Notes under the pieces: model-generated
What the model was told of the DNA's origin: nothing
The model's input: only the letters and a program-made list of their open reading frames with translations
Databases searched by the model: none
Position numbers and translations under genes: made by a program
Shown here: piece after piece, positions 32,559 through 42,208 of the stretch
How the letters are laid out: every line of letters starts with the position of its first letter
Position numbering within the stretch: the first letter of the stretch is position 1
Assembly: GCA_040754615.1 (NCBI GenBank)
Contig: JBFMBZ010000044.1
Coordinates: 1 to 60,066 of the forward strand
Reading direction: 5' to 3'
DNA: 60,066 bases
Source: Candidatus Omnitrophota bacterium
GTDB taxonomy: Bacteria > Omnitrophota > Gorgyraeia > Gygaellales > Profunditerraquicolaceae

Positions 32559-32919
32559 ACCCTCTTCCTTCCAGATATTTGGCTAATGCCAGCGCTCCGA
32601 TAAAACTTTGCAAAGCCCAGGCAATGCCGATATCCAAATACCAGTCTCTTCCCGTCGGTATGCTTAGAAGCGCGCAGAACCCCACGATGAGAATCCCCAG
32701 CGTGTCAATCGCAACTGCGCGGTCTGCCGGAGTTGGCCCGAGCATAAGCCGGACCAGGCAGAACAGAAAGCAGAGCATTAAAATAAAAAAACAGCGCGCA
32801 AGTAAAGGAGACTGCCAGCCCAAGAGGCTGGGGATAGGATAAATTAAGATGCCTGCTAAAACAGTTACTATTGCAATGAGCCCCAAGGCGTAACGCATGT
32901 CTTTTGAAATTTTAAGCAT
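32548..32919 (-). CDS. Mrp/Mnh antiporter subunit F-like (MbhB-like)
   Basis: 123 aa, 3 TM. The LLGPTPADRAVAIDTLG motif is typical of MnhF. Confidence 0.75.
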   Translation of the reverse strand: MLKISKDMRYALGLIAIVTVLAGILIYPIPSLLGWQSPLLARCFFILMLCFLFCLVRLMLGPTPADRAVAIDTLGILIVGFCALLSIPTGRDWYLDIGIAWALQSFIGALALAKYLEGRGFDE

Positions 32920-32925
32920 AATCGG

Positions 32926-33420
32926 TTATTCAAAAATCCTCTTTAAAATGCTTTCGAAGTTTTTCACGATTTTTTCAGTCGCGGCGATTTCATCGGTAGC
33001 CTTGACGTCAATCCAGTGTATATACAATACGCCTTCCTTCTGGTTGATGTCTACGGACAAGGTCCCCGGGGTAAGGGTAATGGAATTTGCCAGAAAAGTT
33101 AACCCTGTATCGGATTTAAGCCTGGTCTTTACCTTTACAATCCCCGGGTTAATGGGAAGTTTAGGATGAAGCACCCGCAGCGCCACATCAATATTTGCCT
33201 TTAAACATTCCCATAAGAAAAGAGGCACATAATAACAAAACCAGATATAGCGGGAAGCGTGTTTAAAATGCGATGCCCGCCTTATAAACATATCTCCGGT
33301 GAGCAAAGACACAAACGCGGCTACAAAAATCCCGACTAATAAATGCTGGATATCTATTGGCCAGGTCAAAAGCAGCCAAACCAGGAATCCGAAAACAAAT
33401 AATATTATTCTGCTTTTCAT
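32926..33420 (-). CDS. Mrp/Mnh antiporter subunit E-like (MbhA-like)
   Basis: 164 aa. NIDVALRVLHPKLPINPGIV...ANSITLTPGTLSVDI is the MnhE pattern. Confidence 0.75.
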   Translation of the reverse strand: MKSRIILFVFGFLVWLLLTWPIDIQHLLVGIFVAAFVSLLTGDMFIRRASHFKHASRYIWFCYYVPLFLWECLKANIDVALRVLHPKLPINPGIVKVKTRLKSDTGLTFLANSITLTPGTLSVDINQKEGVLYIHWIDVKATDEIAATEKIVKNFESILKRIFE

Positions 33421-34919
33421 TTAACCGCTCCAAAGACTGCCTGAGAATATTCTGTGCCCCGCGCCAGGACAGAAACCGCATTATCCAGGAAAGGCCTAAG
33501 CGCCGGTATGAGCATAAGGCCGCCAAACACACAAATAACCGAAAGCGCAATCATCGCAAGCTTCATAAAACCGGGGGCCTCTTTGATATCCTTAAACTTC
33601 TCTTTCAACTCTCCGAAGAAGGCATATTTTTCTACCTTCATAAAGGAAGCCAAAGTCAATATGCTTCCTATAACTGCGCACAGCGCATAAACCAAGTAGC
33701 CTTTCTCAACGCAGGCCAGGATAATTATCAACTTGCTAAAAAAACCGTTAAAGGGCGGAATTCCGGCAATAGACATTGAAGCAATAAGGTTTGTTGAGCC
33801 GGTCACCGGCATAATTTTATTCAATCCTCCGGTTTCTTTTAAATCGCGCGTTCCCGCAGCATAATCCACTGCCCCGGAATTCAAAAAGAGGAGCGACTTA
33901 AATACGGAGTGGTTAAATAAATGAAACAACCCTCCCAGGATGCCTAAGGGCGTACCCAGGCCTATACCTAAGACTATATAACCTATCTGGCTGATGGAGT
34001 GATACGCCAAAAGCCTCTTTAAATCCCACTGCGAGAGCGCTAAAATTACCGCGACTAACAACGATAATGCGCCCAGGAAAGTCAATATGGAAAGGTAATT
34101 TGGGCTTGAGCCGATTACATTAAAAAATATCCGCACCAAAGCATAGACGCCTAAAGTCTTGATTAAAACTCCGGAAAGCATGGCTGAAATGGATGCCGGA
34201 GCAGAAGGGTGCGCGTCAGGAAGCCAGGCATGAAAAGGCACGAGTGCCGCCTTTAAACCAAAACCCATCAGGAATAACACGCCGACAAACGGAACCAAAA
34301 ATTTATTCTGCTGGAAGCTGATAACTCTTGAGATATCCGCCATATTCAAGGTGGAGGTAAAACTATAAAGGAAGGCAATGCCGATAAAGATGAAGCTGGA
34401 GGCAACCGAGCCCATAATCGCGTATTTAAAAGACGCTTCCAATTCCTCTGCTTCCGTGCCGAAGGCAACCAGGGCATAGCTTGCGATGGAAGCAATCTCC
34501 AGGAATACAAAAAGGTTAAATAAATCTCCGGTAACGATAATCCCGTTCATTCCGCAGAGCATCAAAGAAAATAAAGTAAAGAATTTAGTTTTATCGGTGT
34601 ATTTCTGCATGTAACTGACAGAGTAAAGCGCGACAAAAAACGCGATTAAGTTTACGGTGACCAGCATAAAGCTGGTTAAGCCGTCCAATACCATGGAGAT
34701 GCCAAAAGGCGGCATCCATCCTCCGATTTTATAGACCAGGATTTTCGCGGGAAGAGACTCTACCAATATGGGGGTATAAAGAGATAACGATAGAAGTAAA
34801 CCACTGCTTATGCATGCGGCGATATCCGCAAAGCGCTTGACAAATCTTCCCAAAAGCGAGATCAGAAATGCGCTTGCTAAAGGTATGATCACAAAAAAAG
34901 GAATAAGGTTCTCTCTCAT
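33417..34919 (-). CDS. Mrp subunit D / NuoM-NuoN-like proton-translocating antiporter subunit (MbhH-like)
   Basis: 500 aa, ~14 TM. Proton_antipo_M core with WLPDAHPSAPASISAMLSGVLIK. Confidence 0.85.
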   Translation of the reverse strand: MRENLIPFFVIIPLASAFLISLLGRFVKRFADIAACISSGLLLSLSLYTPILVESLPAKILVYKIGGWMPPFGISMVLDGLTSFMLVTVNLIAFFVALYSVSYMQKYTDKTKFFTLFSLMLCGMNGIIVTGDLFNLFVFLEIASIASYALVAFGTEAEELEASFKYAIMGSVASSFIFIGIAFLYSFTSTLNMADISRVISFQQNKFLVPFVGVLFLMGFGLKAALVPFHAWLPDAHPSAPASISAMLSGVLIKTLGVYALVRIFFNVIGSSPNYLSILTFLGALSLLVAVILALSQWDLKRLLAYHSISQIGYIVLGIGLGTPLGILGGLFHLFNHSVFKSLLFLNSGAVDYAAGTRDLKETGGLNKIMPVTGSTNLIASMSIAGIPPFNGFFSKLIIILACVEKGYLVYALCAVIGSILTLASFMKVEKYAFFGELKEKFKDIKEAPGFMKLAMIALSVICVFGGLMLIPALRPFLDNAVSVLARGTEYSQAVFGAVK

Positions 34920-34924
34920 TATTT

Positions 34925-35263
34925 TTAGCCCTTAAGCTTCTTTATCTTGGTAATATCAAAGGTGCCGTATTTTTCATAGATGCGTATGGCGATAGATATA
35001 ATCAAAGCAGTCACTCCCAGGCCGATAACAATTGAAGTAAGCACGAGGGCCTGCGGCAGGGGGTCAACCATCTGTGCGATCAGCTGGCCCTGGGCGTCAA
35101 TGGGCGCCCTGCCATGGTATTTATAGCCTACGAGCACGAAAAATAAGTTCATGGAGTATTCAATAATGCCTAAGCCCACAATCATCTTCACGAGGTTACG
35201 TTTGCGTAATACCCCGTAAAGCCCAACGCAAAATAATACAAGGCATAATACATAAAGCAGCAT
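34925..35263 (-). CDS. Mrp subunit C / NuoK-like (MbhG-like)
   Basis: 112 aa, 3 TM. LRKRNLVKMIVGLGIIEYSMNLFFV is the NuoK/MnhC pattern. Confidence 0.8.
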   Translation of the reverse strand: MLLYVLCLVLFCVGLYGVLRKRNLVKMIVGLGIIEYSMNLFFVLVGYKYHGRAPIDAQGQLIAQMVDPLPQALVLTSIVIGLGVTALIISIAIRIYEKYGTFDITKIKKLKG

Positions 35264-35265
35264 AG

Positions 35266-35712
35266 TTATTCCTTTTTAGATTTCTCTAATATTACCAAAG
35301 CCAGAAATATGGCAAATAAACCCACTCCTACCTTGATGCCGATAGATAAGTTGCTGAATATTATGGTTCCTGAGCTGAATAATCTAAAGGGCTCGCCCTT
35401 GGAAAAAATATTCAAAAAGAATGATCCGCCTAAGAATCCCAACATTGCCACTAACAAAAACATGATTGCGCCTATGCTCTCCAGGTTTGAAGCAAGATCT
35501 TTGGAAACCTTAGAAACCGCCACGTCTTTGCCGAAGGCAAGCATCATATGCACAAAAGACAATGCCACGATTACCCCACCGGCAAAACCTCCGCCCGGAG
35601 AAAGATGGCCATGCAAGATTATATAGATACCGAAAAGCAGGATAAGGCCGATAGTCAGGCGGGTGATAGTTTTTACTATCAGGGTCATCCCTGTTTTTGG
35701 GTTATCAATCAT
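35266..35712 (-). CDS. MnhB-domain membrane subunit (MbhF-like)
   Basis: HGHLSPGGGFAGGVIVAL is the MnhB signature. 148 aa, 4 TM. Confidence 0.75.
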   Translation of the reverse strand: MIDNPKTGMTLIVKTITRLTIGLILLFGIYIILHGHLSPGGGFAGGVIVALSFVHMMLAFGKDVAVSKVSKDLASNLESIGAIMFLLVAMLGFLGGSFFLNIFSKGEPFRLFSSGTIIFSNLSIGIKVGVGLFAIFLALVILEKSKKE

Positions 35713-36233
35713 TTTTCTATCTTTTTCCTTCCAGGCCGGCGCAAGACCGCCATTATCCCGATTACCGAAGTAAATAATACCGTTGCCTCACCCAGCGTAT
35801 CATAAGCGCGAAAATCCAATATTACCGCCGTCACCAGGTTTACTGCCCCGGTCTTTGCCGTGCCTTCTGCCAGATATTTTTTTACCACGACCATAAGCGG
35901 CTCGCCAAAAGCAGGCAGTTCCGTTATGGCCTGCCAGGCGAAGAAAAGAAAAACCGCAACAAATGCCAGGGTAGAAATGGTATTAAATACCCAGCGGCCC
36001 TCGATAACCAAAGGCAGGTCTTTTTTGATGGTGGCGCGGATAAGGATAATTAAACAGAGGATTTCAACTACCAGCTGCGTAATGGCTAAGTCCGGAGCCT
36101 TAAGGACTAAAAAGGCAAGGCAGAGGGCAAAACCCACTGCTCCCACGGCAATGACGCTTGATAGCAAATCCTTTACTTCAATTGCCACGATTGCCGCGAA
36201 AATCATGAATATTAAAAGTATATACAGTTCCAT
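35709..36233 (-). CDS. MrpA C-terminal/MbhD-MbhE-like membrane subunit (DUF4040-type)
   Basis: 174 aa, 5-6 TM. APDLAITQLVVEILCLIILI is typical of DUF4040/MbhD. Confidence 0.65.
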   Translation of the reverse strand: MELYILLIFMIFAAIVAIEVKDLLSSVIAVGAVGFALCLAFLVLKAPDLAITQLVVEILCLIILIRATIKKDLPLVIEGRWVFNTISTLAFVAVFLFFAWQAITELPAFGEPLMVVVKKYLAEGTAKTGAVNLVTAVILDFRAYDTLGEATVLFTSVIGIMAVLRRPGRKKIEK

Positions 36234-36234
36234 C

Positions 36235-37893
36235 CTATTTGACTAACAGCGCCCAGAATAAACCCATCATCCCTAAGAGTGTCCAGACTAAATAAGTAGG
36301 CAAAACTCCGTTATGCAGGTATTGCAGGAATTTACCTATCCCAAATACCCCCTTCTTGAGCTCTTCATAAATATCAAAAGAGCCGGATTCTGCCCTGCGG
36401 TAAATATTTTTTATTGCCCCGAAGTCTTTTATGGTGTTATAAAACTCCGTGCCCGCAACTTTATTTTCTATTCCGATTATTTCCCCTCCGGTAAAACAAT
36501 TCTCCTTACGGATGCTTTTTTTGACGTTTCCGAGATAAAAAATTGCAATCCCTATGATTATTCCGCTCGCCACTAAAATGGCGCTTAAGTATGAATAGAA
36601 ATTATCCGCCCCGGGCGCATAACCTATGGCAGGAAAGATAAGGTATTTCAAAGGTAAGGCATAAGCAAATATTCCGAATGCCACACAAAGAAAACTAAGT
36701 ATTAACACCGGTGCGCTCATAGACAAGGAAACCTCCCCTTTTTTGGAATGGCTTGGCTTTTCAATTGCTTCTCCCAGAAAAGCCGAATGTAATAATTTCA
36801 TGAAGCTGGCGAGGGTCAGGCCGGAACCGAACAATGCCAAAATTAAACAAAATATACCGACGGCCCGTAAACCCGGCCCTTGCGACTCTAATTTTGTAAC
36901 CACTCCCTGATAAACCATGAGCTTGGAAAAGAAACCGTTAAGCGGCGGGATGCCGGAGATAGATAAGCTGGCGATAAGACAGGATATATAGGTAAGAGGC
37001 ATGCTCTTGGCCAGGCCGCCTAATTTATCTAATTCAACAGTATGAGTGCGCGACTCTACATTACCGCTTGTAAGAAAGAGAGAGGATTTATATATTGCAT
37101 GATTAAGCATATGGAATATTCCGCCGGCGATGCCTATGGGGTTAGCAGTGCCTATCCCCAAAACCATATAACCTACCTGAGAAACCGCATGGTATCCTAA
37201 TAACCTCTTCATATTATGCTGCACTAAAGCCATCATTACAGCCGCAATAACCGTTAAAGCGCCTACGAGCATCAAAAAGACGCTCATTGCCTCGTTCATA
37301 GCAAACAAATTTAAGGAGATCCTTGCCAAGAGATAAATACCCAGAAGTTTATCTAAAGAGGCGGGCAAAAACGCTACTACCGGAAGCGGAGCTTTTTCTG
37401 CGCAGTCCGGAATCCATGAGTGTAGAGGCATTGCGCCTGCCTTGGCAAAAGAGGCTAAGGCAATTAAGATATATGCTAAAATAGAAAGCCCGTTATCCAG
37501 GCCCAAATTTATCTGATCCATCTGCCAGGTGCCGGTCAAGCGATAAATTATGCCTATCCCTAAAAGCATAAGCGCGTCAGAGCCGCCGATGATGATAAAG
37601 GTCTTTTTCGCGGTATCAGAGGCATTCTCCGCCAGATTAATCAAAAGATAAAGAGTTAAACCTAAAAAGCCCCATAATATCAAAAGTAAAATCAGGTTAT
37701 TGGCAAGGCTTGCGCCGACAGAAGCAAGTGCGGTAAGAATAAAATAAGTATAATATTGCACCAGGCCTTTTCTCCCTTTCATAAATCCAAAGGAGTAAAC
37801 CAAGCTTAGTAAAGAAAAGAAGACCACAGCTAAGGCTATGAGCCCGCTTAAGCTATCTAACTTTAATAATGGATAAAAATTATTTATATTCAT
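36235..37893 (-). CDS. NuoL/MrpA/HyfB-like proton-translocating antiporter subunit
   Basis: 552 aa, ~15 TM. Core motifs HSWIPDCAEKAPLPVVAFL and GIAGGIFHMLNHAIYKSSLFL (Proton_antipo_M). Confidence 0.85.
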   Translation of the reverse strand: MNINNFYPLLKLDSLSGLIALAVVFFSLLSLVYSFGFMKGRKGLVQYYTYFILTALASVGASLANNLILLLILWGFLGLTLYLLINLAENASDTAKKTFIIIGGSDALMLLGIGIIYRLTGTWQMDQINLGLDNGLSILAYILIALASFAKAGAMPLHSWIPDCAEKAPLPVVAFLPASLDKLLGIYLLARISLNLFAMNEAMSVFLMLVGALTVIAAVMMALVQHNMKRLLGYHAVSQVGYMVLGIGTANPIGIAGGIFHMLNHAIYKSSLFLTSGNVESRTHTVELDKLGGLAKSMPLTYISCLIASLSISGIPPLNGFFSKLMVYQGVVTKLESQGPGLRAVGIFCLILALFGSGLTLASFMKLLHSAFLGEAIEKPSHSKKGEVSLSMSAPVLILSFLCVAFGIFAYALPLKYLIFPAIGYAPGADNFYSYLSAILVASGIIIGIAIFYLGNVKKSIRKENCFTGGEIIGIENKVAGTEFYNTIKDFGAIKNIYRRAESGSFDIYEELKKGVFGIGKFLQYLHNGVLPTYLVWTLLGMMGLFWALLVK

Positions 37894-39107
37894 TAACCTA
37901 TCACCTGCGACCTATTACCTATGGCCTTCTTCATATCTTCAGTCTTCTGTTGTGATAACTTAATCAGGTCCCAGCCATTCATAACCTTTTTATCTTTAAT
38001 CTTATCTATAACCGCCACTCTCTCAGTACAGCAATAGCAGGGGTCAACTGCTGCCAGGGTAATCGCCGTATCTGAAATCGTCTGTCCGACTGCCGCCACT
38101 TTATTGGAGGCTACATTCATATAACTGGGAGCGCGAATTTTATGCCTTACCGGCCGGTTTGTGCCGTCAGAGCGCACATAATGAAAGCACTCGCCGCGCG
38201 GAGCTTCTACCCTGCCGATGCCCTCTCCGGCGGGAATATCCTTAATGTTTGCGTCAATTTCACCCTTAGGCATTTTATCCAAGCACTGCTGGATGACGCT
38301 CACGGATTCATACATCTCCAGTATCCTGACTACGGTCTTGGCAAAGACATCCCCCTCTTTTTCCACAATCACATTCCAGCGCACCCGGTCAAAGACTCCG
38401 TAAGGATCATCCCTTCTTACGTCTATATTCACTCCGGAAGCGCGCGCAGTTGGGCCGACCACGCACCATTCCATCGCCTGACTCTTATTTAATATCCCTA
38501 CACCTTTTAGCCTTGCCTGTATTACCGGGTCATCCATTACCGCGCCCTTAAACATATCCAGGGCCGGCTTTAATTCATCCAGGGCTTTCTTTAAAACAGG
38601 CACATCATCGTCGCAGATATCCCGGCGCACTCCGCCGATTTTACTCATCCCGTAGTGGTTACGGTTTCCGCAAATCATTTCAAACATATCCAAAACCGGC
38701 TCGCGGTATTTCCACGCCCACATCCAGACAGTATTGTATCCTATGAAATGACCGGCTAAGCCCAGCCACAATAAATGGCTGTGAATCCTCTGCAGCTCAT
38801 CGATAATAGTACGGATGTAAAGGGCTCTCTGCGGCACAACATTCTGCTCTCCGCCTAAAATATCTTCAATTGCCAAAACATAAGCATAAGGATGGCTGGA
38901 TGAACATATACCGCAGATTCTTTCTACCAGGAAAGCTACCTGGTCAAAATGCTTATGCTCCGAAAGCTCTTCAATCCCGCGGTGCATATAACCGATGACA
39001 ATATCAATATCCGTGACCTTCTCTCCTTCGGTATAAAGACGGAAAAATTCCGGCTCTTCCTGTAAAGGATGGTAAGGGCCTATGGGTATGATTACTTTAT
39101 GCGACAT
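37893..39107 (-). CDS. [NiFe]-hydrogenase large (catalytic) subunit, group 4 (MbhL/HycE/EchE-like, NuoD fold)
   Basis: The N-terminal Ni-binding motif RICGICSSSH and the C-terminal DPCYCCTER are both intact. About 44 residues follow the C-terminal motif. Confidence 0.9.
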   Translation of the reverse strand: MSHKVIIPIGPYHPLQEEPEFFRLYTEGEKVTDIDIVIGYMHRGIEELSEHKHFDQVAFLVERICGICSSSHPYAYVLAIEDILGGEQNVVPQRALYIRTIIDELQRIHSHLLWLGLAGHFIGYNTVWMWAWKYREPVLDMFEMICGNRNHYGMSKIGGVRRDICDDDVPVLKKALDELKPALDMFKGAVMDDPVIQARLKGVGILNKSQAMEWCVVGPTARASGVNIDVRRDDPYGVFDRVRWNVIVEKEGDVFAKTVVRILEMYESVSVIQQCLDKMPKGEIDANIKDIPAGEGIGRVEAPRGECFHYVRSDGTNRPVRHKIRAPSYMNVASNKVAAVGQTISDTAITLAAVDPCYCCTERVAVIDKIKDKKVMNGWDLIKLSQQKTEDMKKAIGNRSQVIG

Positions 39108-39119
39108 ATTCGTTAAAGG

Positions 39120-39554
39120 TTAAGTTTTTTCCTTCCTTAAAGGGTACTTGCCTTGCGGCCATTCGTCAGCCAGAAGCAGGCGTTTTAAATTAGGATGGCC
39201 GATAAAATTAATCCCGAGCATCTCCCACATCTCGCGCTCAATCCATTCCGCCCCTATTATCAACGGAGCAATGGACATAATCTCCGGCTTCTTCTTGTCG
39301 GCAATGAGAGTGCGCACATTGATTAATTTTCCTGTGTGGTCATGCGAAAAGTGATAAATTATCTCTATCCCTTGCGGAGTATCCATCCCGCTCGCAATAG
39401 CGAAACGGCACCCTAAATCTTTAAAAATGAATTTTGCCACATCGGGGATATCCTGCGGATTAAAATCAATATAAATACGCCGCGGCGCCTTCTCGTCTAT
39501 TTTGATAACTTTTGACTTAAACTCTTCTTTTATCCTGCTTGTAATATCTTCCAT
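39120..39554 (-). CDS. NuoC-like (30-kDa, MbhK-like) hydrogenase subunit
   Basis: 144 aa. AEWIEREMWEMLGINFIGHPNLKRLLLADEWP is the Complex1_30kDa C-terminal pattern. Confidence 0.8.
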   Translation of the reverse strand: MEDITSRIKEEFKSKVIKIDEKAPRRIYIDFNPQDIPDVAKFIFKDLGCRFAIASGMDTPQGIEIIYHFSHDHTGKLINVRTLIADKKKPEIMSIAPLIIGAEWIEREMWEMLGINFIGHPNLKRLLLADEWPQGKYPLRKEKT

Positions 39555-39556
39555 AT

Positions 39557-39985
39557 TTATTTCTTCTTTCCGTTAAGTTTTTCAATCAGCTTGGCAATAC
39601 CGGCAATCATCGCCTCGGGTTTTGGCGGGCAGCCCGGGATATACACGTCAACCGGGACCACCTCATCAACCGGGCAGGGGCTGTTATATGAGTCCTGAAA
39701 CATTACCCTGCCGCAGGCGCAATTGCCTATCGCGACTACTACGCAGGGCTTGGGAGCCTGGATGTAGAGCTTGGCGAGCCTCTCCTTTGTCTTATAATTC
39801 GGGACGCCGGTAACAAGCAGGGCGTCGGCATGGCGCACGCTTCCCACTAAAACTATCCCCAGCCTCTCTACGTCATAGCGCGGAGTAAGTAAATCCAAGA
39901 CTTCAATATCGCAATTATTGCAGGGGGAAGTTGCCGCATGAAAAACCCAGATTGATTTAGTTAAGGCTTTTATTTTAATGCTCAT
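39557..39985 (-). CDS. [NiFe]-hydrogenase small subunit, NuoB-like (MbhJ-like)
   Basis: SPCNNCDIE, GNCACGRVMF and IPGCPPKPEA supply the four Cys of the proximal [4Fe-4S] cluster in NuoB-type spacing. Confidence 0.85.
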   Translation of the reverse strand: MSIKIKALTKSIWVFHAATSPCNNCDIEVLDLLTPRYDVERLGIVLVGSVRHADALLVTGVPNYKTKERLAKLYIQAPKPCVVVAIGNCACGRVMFQDSYNSPCPVDEVVPVDVYIPGCPPKPEAMIAGIAKLIEKLNGKKK

Positions 39986-39986
39986 T

Positions 39987-40898
39987 TTATCTTCCTAACA
40001 ATGCCGATATCACGGATAACCCGGCTAAAACAGTAACCGGCCCCCAGAAAAATTTCAGGGCCTGGTCAATGCGCAGCCGCGGATTGGTATTCTTAATTAA
40101 AATAATCCCGACTAATAACGCAACATATTTCAATACCAGAAATAAAAAGCTGGTGTCTTTGCCTAAAAATAGCACCGTAAGAAAAACCGGCATGGCATAG
40201 AGCAGGATTGCCTTGGTTAATTTAAAAGCTGCCAGGGGCTTGCCTGAGTATTCAATTAAGACCCCTCCCATTATCTCCTGCTCTGCCTCGGAGATTTCAA
40301 AAGGGGCAAGGCCTAATTTCGCCTGCATGCATAATATTGCAACCGCGAAAGCAATGCCTCCGGAAAAAGAGGCGATATTAGAGCCGAAGTTAATCTGATG
40401 GTTTAATATCTCGCCCATCTCGAGGGTCATGCCGCTTTTAATAATCACCGTAATCACCGATAAAATGAAAGGCAATTCATAAGCTAAGACTAATTTCATC
40501 TCCCTGGATGCGCCCTGCGAAGCCAGGGGGTTTCGCGAAGAAGATGCGCCCAGTATCAAAGAGAGCGCCGGGACAATTAGCAGGTATATTACTACTATGA
40601 GGTCAGCAGGTAAACCCTCCAGAGGAGAAATTATTGCCTGGCCTAATAACCCCGCTACCAATATGACGCTTACCAAGCCCAATAATGGCGCAATCAAAAA
40701 AGTAAGGCTTGCTCCCGCAGGCACTATGGTTTCCTTGCCGAGTAACTTTACGATGTCTACGAAATTCTGATACCAGGGAGGGCCTTGCCTCCATTGAATT
40801 CGGGCGCTCACTTTACGATCTATCCAGCAGGCTATCAGGCCGGTAATGGAAGCGAATAAGAAACCGGGAAATACGAGATAATTAAATAATATTTTCAT
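39987..40898 (-). CDS. NuoH/HycD-like membrane subunit (MbhM-like)
   Basis: WIDRKVSARIQWRQGPPW motif and 8 TM helices. Start set at MKILFNY (40898), adjacent to the upstream stop. The track start at 40931 overlaps it by 37 nt. Confidence 0.85.
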   Translation of the reverse strand: MKILFNYLVFPGFLFASITGLIACWIDRKVSARIQWRQGPPWYQNFVDIVKLLGKETIVPAGASLTFLIAPLLGLVSVILVAGLLGQAIISPLEGLPADLIVVIYLLIVPALSLILGASSSRNPLASQGASREMKLVLAYELPFILSVITVIIKSGMTLEMGEILNHQINFGSNIASFSGGIAFAVAILCMQAKLGLAPFEISEAEQEIMGGVLIEYSGKPLAAFKLTKAILLYAMPVFLTVLFLGKDTSFLFLVLKYVALLVGIILIKNTNPRLRIDQALKFFWGPVTVLAGLSVISALLGR

Positions 40899-41386
40899 TT
40901 TTTCTTCGGCTGCAGCTCTTCCCTTGACCACTTCAGGGTATGTACTGCCAGATGTTCTCCGACAAAATAAATATTTTTTTCCGGGTCTTCCTGCACCTCT
41001 TTTAGCTCTATTGCCTTTTCCGGGCAGCTAGTAACGCATTTGGGAATTTTTGTGCTTACCCCTAAGCAAAAATCACACTTAGAATCCAAATACGGGATAA
41101 AATCCTGAAAGATAATCCCGAAAGGGCAGGCAACAGAGCAGCATTTACAGCTGGTGCAGAGCATCTTATAACGTTTAATATGCCCATCAGGGGCCCTTTC
41201 CAGGGCATTATGGTAGCAGGAATTCACGCAGGGCGCTTCTTCGCAATGCCGGCAGATGGTGGCAAATGTCGCGTATTCCCTTAGCGAGGCAATCCCGTTA
41301 TTCTGGGGATGGTAAAAATAGTCGCAGGCGACCCTGCATTCCTCGCATTTGTTACAGATATCTAAATCAATGTATAAGCGTTTCAT
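40895..41386 (-). CDS. Multi-[4Fe-4S] electron-transfer subunit (HycB-like)
   Basis: Four Cys groups: CNKCEECRVAC, CRHCEEAPCVNSC, CTSCKCCSVACP and CDFC...CVTSCP. Confidence 0.8.
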   Translation of the reverse strand: MKRLYIDLDICNKCEECRVACDYFYHPQNNGIASLREYATFATICRHCEEAPCVNSCYHNALERAPDGHIKRYKMLCTSCKCCSVACPFGIIFQDFIPYLDSKCDFCLGVSTKIPKCVTSCPEKAIELKEVQEDPEKNIYFVGEHLAVHTLKWSREELQPKKK

Positions 41387-41389
41387 TAA

Positions 41390-42208
41390 TCAATCCCAAA
41401 TATCGTAAATATCCTTTAAGTCCTCGTAACTGAAAACCGGGCCGTCTTTGCAGGCGTAGAATTTCCCGATTCGGCAATGCCCGCATTTACCGAGGCCGCA
41501 GGACATATTCTTTTCCATAGATAGATAAATATCCCGGGGGTTAAACCCTAATTCCAATAATTTAAGGGTGGCAAATTTCATCATTATCGGAGGGCCGCAG
41601 ACTATGGAAACTGCCTTTGCCATATCTATAGGCAGGTCTTTTAATATAGTGGTAACTAAACCTACGTTCCCCTTCCAGCTGGGATCCCCCGTATCTACGG
41701 TTACCCGTACTTCAGTATTTTTTAATTTTGCCCAGGAAGGCAAGGATTCTTTATATACAATATCTTTCGGCGTGCGCGCCCCGTAGCATAAGACTACCTT
41801 ATTATAATTATCAATCTGGGAAAATAAGCTGAATAAGAGGCTGCGTAGCGGCGCCAAGCCCACCCCTCCGCCTACAATCAGGATGTCTTTGCCTGTAAAT
41901 TTATCTAAAGGATAGCCTTTCCCATACGGCCCGCGCACCCCCAGGACCTCTTTTGGCTTCATTTCATGGAGCCTTGAAGTAACCGCGCCTACATTCATTA
42001 TAGTCACGTCTATTCTTTCCTTTACGGAAGGGTCTGAAGAAGGTGTAAAAGGCGCCTCGCCTAAGCCGGGGATAGTAAGCTCAATAAACTGGCCGGTCCG
42101 GAAGCTGAATTCCTCTTCCAGCTTAAGCACAAAGGTCTTTATGGCCGGGGTTTCTTCTTTTATCTCTTCAATTTTAGCCTGAATGGGCAGGTATATGTTT
42201 TTCTTCAT
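41390..42208 (-). CDS. FAD/NAD(P)H-binding oxidoreductase with C-terminal [2Fe-2S] (sulfhydrogenase gamma HydG/AsrB/PyrK-like)
   Basis: FRTGQFIEL...APFTPSS (flavin-binding beta barrel), ILIVGGGVGLAPLRSL (NAD(P) Rossmann) and CGLGKCGHCRIGKFYACKDGP ([2Fe-2S]). Confidence 0.8.
   Translation of the reverse strand: MKKNIYLPIQAKIEEIKEETPAIKTFVLKLEEEFSFRTGQFIELTIPGLGEAPFTPSSDPSVKERIDVTIMNVGAVTSRLHEMKPKEVLGVRGPYGKGYPLDKFTGKDILIVGGGVGLAPLRSLLFSLFSQIDNYNKVVLCYGARTPKDIVYKESLPSWAKLKNTEVRVTVDTGDPSWKGNVGLVTTILKDLPIDMAKAVSIVCGPPIMMKFATLKLLELGFNPRDIYLSMEKNMSCGLGKCGHCRIGKFYACKDGPVFSYEDLKDIYDIWD

Noticed and set aside
37893-39107. The catalytic subunit as an Mbx/Mbs-type (sulfur-reducing) or complex-I NuoD-like non-hydrogenase.
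   Set aside because: Both Ni-Fe ligand pairs (CGIC...H near the N-terminus, CYCC near the C-terminus) are intact. A dedicated maturation protease is also present in the window. This supports a genuine hydrogenase.
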